Source: Chrysomallon squamiferum (Eukaryota > Animalia > Mollusca). From it: a stretch of DNA of 64,000 nucleotides. The notes under the pieces are model-generated. The model did no database searches. It was not told the origin of the DNA and saw nothing but the letters and a program-made list of their open reading frames with translations. Location of the stretch: the NCBI GenBank assembly GCA_012295275.1, contig CM022670.1, forward strand, positions 2,418,001 through 2,482,000, written 5' to 3'. A program made the position numbers and the translations under genes. Shown here in pieces: positions 1 to 10,300 of this stretch. Position 1 is the stretch's first letter. Every line of letters starts with the position of its first letter.

Positions 1-6
1 TACGAT

Positions 7-53
<47 letters not shown>

Positions 54-75
54 CGAACTATAATTAACTACGTAC

Positions 76-255
76 TCTAATGATTTGTTTTATATTCATT
101 TCAATTTGGTAGCATAATAACTTATCCTTATTTTCCCTCATGTATAACTTTGGCGTCCGCATTTTTGTTATTGCGTCCTTAACGGCAGGTGCGCCCTCTA
201 TTATAAATTCCGAATTAAGGTTCTGCAGGCCCTGGGCTACGGGTTCTGTGAAGTC
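76..255 (-). CDS. Candidate orphan internal exon (60 codons, phase 0/0) of an unidentified gene continuing off the left edge
   Basis: Minus strand: pyrimidine tract and AG (ttttatcctttaag) before 255, GT donor (gtacgt) after 76. The 180 nt are open in one frame only (DFTEPVAQGLQNLNSEFIIEGAPAVKDAITKMRTPKLYMRENKDKLLCYQIEMNIKQIIR) and GC-richer than the flanks. No family recognised. Confidence 0.35.
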
Positions 256-509
256 CTTAAAGGATAAAAAGTGTCAAAGAAAACGAAATAATGTACTTTC
301 TTATTTAAACACTGGATGCCATTGGAATTCAGCCTCAAAACTGATATAATTCTAAGAAATTCCTTTGTTTGCTTAGGTACATCTATAAATTTCAATTTTA
401 AGAATAAATAATTTGATTTAATACATTAGACTAGAATACCTGGAATTTTAATGCAAAGAATTTGTATAATGCAATAACAGTAAATAGTATGGGTCTAAGG
501 AAAAGAATA

Positions 510-514
<5 letters not shown>

Positions 515-575
<61 letters not shown>
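515..575. repeat. (GA)n microsatellite
   Basis: Uninterrupted GA run; source of the spurious RERERE ORF 462..740. Confidence 0.95.
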
Positions 576-579
<4 letters not shown>

Positions 580-906
580 ACATGAAACAAATATACAAAA
601 TGAATGGCTATTTTCTTTCAATGTTTAATTATTATTATTATTATTATTATTATTATTTTTTTTTTTTTTTTTTTTTTAATTTTAAAAATGAAAATTTTCA
701 ACATTCGTCCTTTCACATTCTTCCTTCTTTTTTTTTTTAGAGTGATTTAACAGTTATAATTAAGAATACTGAACATGAAAAGGAATTACGGAGCATCGTG
801 TTACATTATACAGACATTACAATTCGGAGCGCACGTGTGTGTAACAAAAACTGCAATAAGTGAAAAACAAAAACATTATCAAACATACATATCAATAAAT
901 AACGGT

Positions 907-907
<1 letters not shown>

Positions 908-960
<53 letters not shown>
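908..960. repeat. (CT)n microsatellite
   Basis: Uninterrupted CT run. Confidence 0.95.
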
Positions 961-962
<2 letters not shown>

Positions 963-1099
963 ATAAATTTTACTTGATTTCCTATTCATAATTATCATTA
1001 GTTAATTTTCTTTTATCTTCTTCATTTTCCTGTTTTTCTGCATAAATAGTTTGAATTCTCCATAGTTCCTTTGTTTTTATTTTTATCGTCTTTATTATT

Positions 1100-2244
1100 T
1101 CAATTTTCATCCTTGTTTTGGTTCCTTTTTGCGTCTTCTTCTGAAGTCTGCTTGTATGCATGTACGACACTGTCACTGTTGCAGTTCTTATCGACAGTAC
1201 TAATATTAAACTCATGTTCGTTTGTTATCCTACATGGGTTCAGGTCAGTTTCGAAAAGTTTCTCCTTGACTTTCCCATCTAATCCAGAATCTTTGTCTTT
1301 TATATCTGTGTCTTCTTTGGAGTCTACATCTTCCTTGTCTTTGGCATCACAGCTTTTATCGATACTGTTTTCAATTATGTTGTTATAATCTGGTGCATTT
1401 TCTCTTTGTTCTTTAGTTTCATGCTGATACTTTGAATTGACGTTATCTTCCGAAAAACTGACTTCAGGCTTGTCATGTTTGCAACTGACTTCTTTTTCCA
1501 GGCACTGGGCATTGGTTTCTTGCATTTTTTTTCTCTGCTCTTGTCCGCTGATTTTGTGTTCTTTATCAGAATTCTCAGTTTCCTGGATTGGAAATGTATT
1601 TTCATATTTTTCTTTCTCCTTGGTGGCAACATCGGTTTTATTTAGTAAAGGAAGTGGAGCTGTGTATGGTTGAGTCGTAATGTCTGTGGGTACGCTGTTA
1701 GGAAACTGAGAATCAAAAATCAAGTTCAAAATCTTGAATTTTGCCTTCTGTTTTGCCCTAAAATCAGTAATGTAACCGATCTCACTTCCCACGAATTTAC
1801 TAAAAACTGCATCGTCAGTGACATCGGTGTTTTGAAAAGTTTGGAGTGACTGAACGACCGATACAAGCAATTCAGAATCGCTGTCTGACCGCTTTCGCTT
1901 AACTATAAGATTGGTGTTTTCATCGTTGTTACCATTCTCCTCTCTTTTTTCCTTTCTTGTTTGTTTGAAACAATTTCCTTGCCTGAGAAAGGAGTCATCA
2001 TTTTGATGCACGGTATATCTTCTTTGCTTTTTTGCTAAAATAATATCAGACTAATTAGATAACCTTTCACATAAGAGTATTTTACTTTCTTTTTCTTTTA
2101 TTCTTTTCTTCTTCTTCTTTTGTTTATTGTTACTAAATATTTATTTACTTGTTTACAGTTTGGGAAAAGAAACCACAGTTAATTCAAATTAAGATAATGA
2201 AATTTGTTAAAATTTTTATAACATAATGAATAAATTTATTTATT

Positions 2245-2277
<33 letters not shown>

Positions 2278-2519
2278 CTGTGTCAAATTTTTTTACAAAT
2301 ATTTTTGGAAACTACTAAATTTTAATCACCAAATAAAAACGATTGAATATTTTGAAAATACCTCCTTTTTCTCCTTTCCAGCTAACTGAGAAAATGTTAA
2401 TGCGTCAATAGTCAACACTTCTCGTGAAAAGGTTTTCTTCAGAACAACAGCTTTCAATGATCTGTTAACTGAAAAAAAATGTATGAAAGTTCAAATTTGT
2501 TTGTCTTTAAGAATTCATG

Positions 2520-2594
<75 letters not shown>

Positions 2595-3337
2595 TCAGCT
2601 GTTTTGATGCAGAAAAATCACAGAAAATCACCAGTTTTCATGATTGACTGTACAACGACATCTGACGACATATGCAACAAATAGTGTTATTAAAACTATA
2701 TAGTTATTAATATGGAAATTCTGGAATATTCCACAACATAAGGTTCAGGTAATAAAATATTTTGTACATATTTTGGAGTCCAGTGACTAAAACTGATTTT
2801 GGTTTTAAAATTATTATTTCTGATAAAAAAAAAAAAAAAAAACACAAAATAAAATGGCCAAATTTATTGAATTGTTGTCCTTATTTTATACGTAAACGTA
2901 AAATGTTTCTACATTTAAGTCTTGTTTTAAGTTTCTTTAGTGAATAATTGGTTTTTCTTTTGCATTCAAATTCTCCAAAAGCAACAAGCACGTAATGATA
3001 TAATGCTAACGGGCATTTATAAAACATCTAGCATGACCTACTTTCAAGTATGCGTGATGTAAGAAAATGGTTAACAAGAAGAAAACGAAATATGCATACA
3101 TTAATTGTGTCCAATATTAAATTATTGTAAATCTTCATATTATTCTAATTGTTTTTCTTTCGTTTTAACTATTTTTATTATTTTTATTAAATTAATATTT
3201 TATTATTATTATTATTATTTTTTTTAAATAGGTAATACTTATAAATTACCTGGAGATTGCATTTCCTCGGTAGTTTTCTTATTTCTTATTACTGTAAGAC
3301 TTTTGCTAGAATCGACTATTTTATTTAATGAAGACAT
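1100..3337 (-). CDS. BESS-like motif protein (MADF/BESS or Harbinger-ORF1-related) with long charged low-complexity tail; 3 putative exons
   Basis: Exons 3337-3250 (ATG, MSSLNKIVDSSK..., phase 1), 2468-2362 (NRSLKAVVLKK...) and ~2050/2034-1100 (303-aa ORF). DDAVFSKFVGSEIGYITDFRAKQKAKFKILNLIFD fits the BESS-type pattern; KRKR is a possible NLS. The exon 2/3 phase is ambiguous (see findings). Confidence 0.55.
2524..2589. repeat. (CT)n microsatellite
   Basis: Uninterrupted CT run in an intron of the BESS-like gene. Confidence 0.95.
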
Positions 3338-4482
3338 ATTTTCTTATCAATGAACCTACCTTCACTGAGCACTGGATATTCTGAAAGTATTTTTTGTTGT
3401 CATGGATATGAATGAGTTGATCTATTAGCAAAGAACTGAAATAGATTTTTTCCACAGATTTAATCTGAATTTTTAAATTCTTATTCATCTTATTCAAAAC
3501 TGTTTAAATTAAAATGTAGACAATTTAATCAATAAGATTTTTACAAAACAGATTAGGTAGGTAAAGGAAAAATAACAGATTGTTCTGCTTAAATATATCC
3601 GATATTCAGTTTGAAAAGACTACTGGTGAAAGAATTTACATATTGCCAATATGAAACTTTAAATGTTTACTATCATTTTAAATCATACTGAAAATTTAAT
3701 AAAGACATATCAAGTAACGTTATATATTCAGCATTATTACATTTAAAATGAAAACGATATAAAAATAAAAATTTGTATATATATATATATATATATAATA
3801 AAAAAAGTCTTTGTTTTATAGTATTGTAACAGTTGTTGGTTTATCTTTTTAAAATCATTGTTTAGCAAATGAAAAAAAAATATGGCATTATCATATTTAC
3901 ATCTAAAACTTGACTATATTACATTCGAATTTTAAGATATCTGCAATAATTGCTAAAGATTATTAAGCTCCAGCCAGTGCTCAGCTACTTGATTTTAAAT
4001 CTGAAATCTAATTATTATAAATAAAACACCAGTATCCTAGATTTTATTTCCTTATATATTAATCCTTCATAAATTTTGTTATTATTTCGTTCGTTTAATT
4101 AACATAATATGAATTATAGTAATAATAAAAATATGTTATCGTGTAACCAAGAACGATAACTTGCGATACAAACATGTTCCAACCTGATCTTCCTGTACAG
4201 AAACGCTTTCAGTCGAAAGGGAAGTTAAAAAAACAACAACAGAAAAAAAAAAAAAAAAAAAAACCAAAACAATAACAAACAAATCGTATGAAAGTGCAGT
4301 GGAAATACTTTTCAGAATTAATGGATGGTATTATATATTTATGTAATTAAAAATACGAAGATAAAATATAACCGGAAAAGTTGGCAGTTGCGATTAAAGA
4401 CGACTTGAGAGTGTCAATCAGTGTATAATTGATCATTCACCCAAAAGACGTTCTTTAGTCGATATTACTCTTTTTTTTTATA

Positions 4483-5586
4483 ATGGTCTTAAGCATATTT
4501 TCATTTAGTCATTCTCTTACTGTTGCACGATTTTTACACTGGTCAGAATGTATGAACGAGAAAGGCAGAATGCATCAACAAAAGCAACTTAAGGATCAAA
4601 ATGTAAACAAACTGGTCCTTACTGGATTTATTCACAGCCTTATTAGAGTCCACAGACAACGATGCACGTTAGAAGAACCGAAAAGAATTGTTGACAAAAA
4701 TGTAAACCGGATCCACAACTCATTATACATTGCACTTAGAATGTGCTACGAATTAAATCTGAGATCAACCACTCTCGTAAGTGAACTTATTCGCGAAATA
4801 TATTTTTGTGAAGGAAGCCTTCACTCTATTTTTAGCATCATGTCGATTAGCCATGTAACGAGAATGGGGAATCACATCACGAATGTAAACAATGGATACA
4901 CAATAATTCTGTATCCTGGAGTACAAGCTTGCAATTTTGAAAAAGTGAAACCAGCCCTAATGTATTATTTACAAAATATGGTACCATTACAACCACAGGA
5001 CTATGAACATACATTGTTGATGACATTTTTGCCAGACCAGATACTTAATGACAACATCAGTGATGATGAACTGACAACTCCCTTAATGGCAGCTGCTATG
5101 AGGAAAGAACCAGATATAGTTCTCACATTACTGCGATATGGAGCTGATCCTTTGAAACTTAGAGATCAAGACTGCAAAGCTCAAACACCCATTCAGTATA
5201 TAATTAACTGTCTAAATTGTTTAACAGCCATTAAAAATTTCACATGGTTAAAAACAAAACATGATATTCTGATTGAAGAAACAAAAGCTTTGGAAATATT
5301 TAATTATTTTCTTAGAGCAATTCTGTATATTGATGTCAGAGAAACAGCTGAACTCAAACCAAATTCCACTGATGATGGACATGGAGTACAGTATTACAGT
5401 GTACATCCAAAACTGGCTGAAACAATCTACATTCCTCATTTTAGAAGTCCACCTAAACTTTATCACATTTGTAAATATAATGTAAGGCAGCTGATAAAAG
5501 AAGCAGCAAAAGCTAGCATTCCTGAATGTATTAAGGTACTTCCAGTGCCAGTTCCAATTAAAGAATATCTTGATTTGAAAACTTGA
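4483..5586 (+). CDS. Ankyrin repeat and SOCS box protein, ASB17-like; single coding exon, 367 aa
   Basis: 1.1-kb uninterrupted ORF in very AT-rich DNA. Ankyrin repeat TTPLMAAAMRKEPDIVLTLLRYGADP; C-terminal SOCS box PPKLYHICKYNVRQLI...IKVLPVPVPIKEYLDL. Exact orthology not established. Confidence 0.88.
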   Translation: MVLSIFSFSHSLTVARFLHWSECMNEKGRMHQQKQLKDQNVNKLVLTGFIHSLIRVHRQRCTLEEPKRIVDKNVNRIHNSLYIALRMCYELNLRSTTLVSELIREIYFCEGSLHSIFSIMSISHVTRMGNHITNVNNGYTIILYPGVQACNFEKVKPALMYYLQNMVPLQPQDYEHTLLMTFLPDQILNDNISDDELTTPLMAAAMRKEPDIVLTLLRYGADPLKLRDQDCKAQTPIQYIINCLNCLTAIKNFTWLKTKHDILIEETKALEIFNYFLRAILYIDVRETAELKPNSTDDGHGVQYYSVHPKLAETIYIPHFRSPPKLYHICKYNVRQLIKEAAKASIPECIKVLPVPVPIKEYLDLKT

Positions 5587-6590
5587 TTTTCTTCTGTACT
5601 AAAATAATTTGTTGTTCACACTTTCTTTACATATTATAACAGAAGTATCCTTAGGCCATGTAGATTTTATTAAGTTGTATTTATCTATATACATTTGTTT
5701 GATTCTGTTCTATTTCTTAACTTGTTGACTGCCTTTATGTGAACAAATGTAATTTTTAACAGTTGTATCTGTTAAAATGTCAAGGATGCATCATGGAAAT
5801 TTATGAATAACTTCAGATATACATATAAGTATAACCTTCAGATTTTTAAAGATTTTAAATCTGTTATTTTGAAATGGAGTTAATTTTAAGGTATAGCTTG
5901 AAAGGAAAAATAAAGATGAGAATATTCATTTATATTTTTATTTAGTTACTATTTTAACACAAAAATGTATTTTTTTTAACTTGCAGTTCTGATTCAGTTT
6001 TATATTTTACACTATAAGCAATGAACTAATTTTTAAAGGTACTGAATTATTCTACATAAAAACATATCTTTAATTATTTATTTATGCTTTAAAGTATTTA
6101 TTTAATAAAGTATTTATTTTAAATGTATATAATAATTTCTTATGCTGTATAAACAGTGAAATATTAATCTATGAACCAGGTCCTATGTTTAATTTAATTT
6201 AATTTATATTTGTAATAGTATTAATGCATTTGTTGAATGGATTATTTTGTTTTAAATATATTTATTTTCATGGTATATAGTGTAAAGAATAAAACTATTA
6301 ATTTATTCACAACCAGTGATATGTATATATGTTTTTACTTCATTTTGTTTATTCTTTTGTATTATTAATATATTTATTCAACAAAATATTTTGTTTTAAA
6401 TCTACTTACTACTTTATTTTTGTATTATAAACAGTGAAACTGTTAATTTATACACCACCATGTTGTTGTCACATAAATATAAACAATTTAATTTTCTATA
6501 TTTTTAAAAATATTGTTAATGTATTTTGTGCTGGTTAGATAAACTGTGCTTGACTGCTGTAATTAAATTAACACAGGTGAGCACATTGGT

Positions 6591-6630
<40 letters not shown>

Positions 6631-7315
6631 CATTTATCTAATAAAATATATTACTAATAAATTTATTTCACAAAATATTTTGTTTTAAGTGTATTGTTTA
6701 ATTTACTGCAATAAAATTATTAATAATTATGTATGCATGCAGTTGTTATTTTATCCGTATACCAGTGCTGTGCTAAGATTTTTTAGAGTTATTTTCTTTT
6801 TTTGTAATTTGTCACCTGAGTATTGTACATGGTGAAATGTCATTCATTTATTCATTCAACAAAACCTGTTTTTTAATCTAATGCTTATGCCTTTTTCCCT
6901 TAAAAAACAAAAACACATCATACATATTTAGAAAATGTATAATCTGCTAATTTGCATCTTTTACAGTGTACGGGAATGGTAACCCCAAAAAGAAAAAAAC
7001 CAACATGTATGCTTTTGAACAAATTACTTCTTTTATTAATGCAAGTGAAAAAAGAAAAACAATTAGATTTTCTGAATTTCACAGTGACAATTTTGAATTT
7101 AATTGCTTATATTAAATTGGTACAACAAATAAGCTTATTATAAAGGCCGGCACATGATCATATAAAAACATTTTCTAGAATAATAATTGAAAAAAAGAAA
7201 AACATAATGATAATCACACATCTTCAAAAAACCAATTTTACTTCAACGGTTATTAATATTACATTACTGTTTTTCAGTTCGGGTGATAAATAACCCATTG
7301 CTATGCTGTCAGAAA

Positions 7316-10300
7316 TTACCGCATTCTTTTTGATTTTAATGGCTTCACTTTGTATTTCAACTCTGGCTTCAAAGGGATGGAAAGTTTTGCTGTGTAAACT
7401 TCATTTACTTTCACTCCATCAGGATCTTTATCTTTATTGATTTTACATCCAAGCATCCGATACAACATCATCAGTCTGAAAAGAAAGTAATAAGACATTT
7501 TAAATGATTTTATACTATTAAGTTAGGTCTTTTAAAGAAAAAACAGAAACAAAAGAAAAAGTAGTCCTTATTGTAGAGTGAACACAACTTTGGTACATGT
7601 CTGTCATAAATTTTCATATTATTTTTTCAACTTCTAGGTGCATATACATGGTTTTTTTGTGTGACATAATGAATGAATTAATATTTGATAACACACCATC
7701 ACAATATATACATCAGCTTGTGGGCATCAATCAAAGATATATGAAGTAATTGTGAGCACACAACACACACACACACACACAAACAAACATTTATAAATTT
7801 GATGATGGCACTAACTTTTTGTGTCCAATTTTAAGATCTTTCTGGAAGTAATGTAATTCTGTGCTGAAGTCATCAATAATGAGTCCTAGAACAAGAATGT
7901 GGTAAGCTAATTTATCCTTCATCCACGGTGGCATACATCTGTTGAAAAATAAGTAAGTCTGTCACTTGCAGTATTGTGAAATATTAAATAAATGTTATTA
8001 TTTATTTAGCTAAGATTATTACAGATTATTTCATATTTAAAGAAAAAAAGTTTTTTTTATAATACTAATTAACTATTTTTAACTCATTTTTAACTCAAAA
8101 ACTAAGAAGAAAGGTTTTATTTTCCTATTATATCTTAAGTGTTTTCTAATCAGCACAAGTATATCCAAAGTGATAAATAATACTACAGGTACCGGACCAA
8201 TTATCCGGATTCCTTGGGGCCTGAGGCATTCTGGATTTCTGGATTTTCTGGTACCAAGGCATCTAAATACATAAATAATTTGGCATAAACATTTTAAAAT
8301 TCAAAACATAAAGAAAATTGACAATCGATACACATCTGTGGCAACCTGACACGTAAACAATGCGGCGAGTGAATGAACACCATGCAGCTTGAAAGAGTAG
8401 TTCCGGTCAGGTGAGGACAACACCCGCATGTGCGAACTATGAAAATAGTGTAGCGGAAAAAACTTCCAGTTTTCTGGTCTTTCCGGATTGCAGATAATTG
8501 GTCCGGTACCTGTATTTCTGTATATGAAATGATATAAATCAGTTACACTAAAAAATTATTGTTGTATTATGAATAACAGATAGTCTGTTTCCTTTGACAT
8601 TTCATCATACAAATTCTTATGTATGTATAAATATGTGTGTGTTTGTGTGTTTGAGTGAGTGAGTGAGTGAGTGTGAGTGTGTGTGTGTGTGTATGTGTGT
8701 GCATTTTCAATGAAATATATAATTTTAAGTAATATTCTCCATATCAGTTTGATATTTGTTAATCTCATTATTAACAAGTCAAATTAAAAATGTTGAGTGT
8801 CAGTTAAAAAAAAAAAATGTCCCTGCTTCCTTATATTTTAGTATCATTAACATTGTACTCCTGTCAGAGTAGTGATGTAATTTCCTATTAATTTCTTTTC
8901 TCACAAATAAAAATGTTGTAGCATCTAATTTAGTACATCATGAGAGAACAGAAATGCTTCATTAATAGAATCTATTTTACAAAATCCATTATGGTATATA
9001 TATAAAAAAGTCAATATGTCACTTTCATTTAAATGATCCTCCCAAAAAATCCCAAGTACTAACAAACGAACAAATAAATAATAAATACCTTGGTGGTATT
9101 CTTTTGTTTGCTTCATCAACTTGTAATGTGAATTTGTTTATCAGTGAGCGTTTAACAATATCTGGACAGTCATTTGGGAATTGTTCATCTATTCAGGAAA
9201 TTAAAAAACAAAAAATATAAGAGGTGAAAATAAGGTTCTTAAAATATTTAATATACAAAACATGACACGTGCATTATGAAATAATTAACTGATTGCACAA
9301 TGTTTGAAAAGCCCCCAAAACATAACCACTCTCTCTCTTTCTCAAACACATAACAAATACATAATTTGAGAACAGTTTTACAACATGAATTACATGCTAT
9401 CTTCCTCTGCAACAGTAATAAATACTTTTTTCCTTATTTATTTATTTAATCTTTAATTTAATTTTAGTTTTTTCATATTTAATATTAATTTTGACATTGT
9501 ATTTATCAACAAGAGTAATTTTCAAAGATTAGTAACAGATATCATGTGAAAGGCATCTACATGCAGAATTACGTATTAGTTTTGCCTGTGTTGCCAAGTA
9601 AGAGACAAGTTAACAAAAACATACTTATTTTCATCAATTGTTTTGCATTGCACAAATAAAGTCTGCATAAGTATTTCATAAACACCAGACATTTTGTTTG
9701 CCTCCATCTTGAATCTTCATTGAGAGGAAGAATGGACAGCCGTCTGAGTATAAACTGTGGATAGCTGAAAATAAACCCATCCAAAAACAAATATTATCAC
9801 TGTCAAATAATTTTGATTAATCTAACAACGTAAACAAAATACCCAATAAAAACAATTTCTAAAATTATATATTCTTTCATCTTTACAATTTCGGAAAGTC
9901 CAAACACAAAAGGAAAGATGAGAAGATGAATGAGGGGAAGACAGGAAAGAAGTGAGAGTATGAGAGGGAGAAAGAGAGAAAAGATACAGAAAGACTAACA
10001 TTTTCTAGTTTATTAATTCCAGTTATAATCAAATATACCTCTTTGCCTCTTCCCACTTCTCTATGTCTTCTCGTGTGCAGTTGTAAAATTCTTTTGCAGG
10101 ATCAGTAAGTGCTTCCATCTCAGTTGGGGAAATAACTAACATGTCAAAAAAATAATATTAACCAAGCTTCAGAATATAAATTTTAATCATAAATGCAAAA
10201 TTAACCCAGAAATGTATTTTTTTTTAATAAAACCTAAATGATTTTTGATAATATTAATTATATTAAAGAAAGAGAATTAATTTAATTAAGAAATCTTTGA

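Noticed and set aside
462-966. ORFs 462..740 and 775..966 (RERERE, YYYY, LSLSLS)
   Set aside because: Translations of microsatellites and homopolymers; the same applies to the many CVCV/THTH/IIII/YIYI ORFs across the window.
1100-1102. TGA as selenocysteine or programmed readthrough
   Set aside because: No redox motif context, no SECIS-like stem seen, and another stop follows shortly.
1071-1673. Plus-strand ORFs 1071..1388 and 1437..1673
   Set aside because: Antisense shadows of the BESS-like exon.
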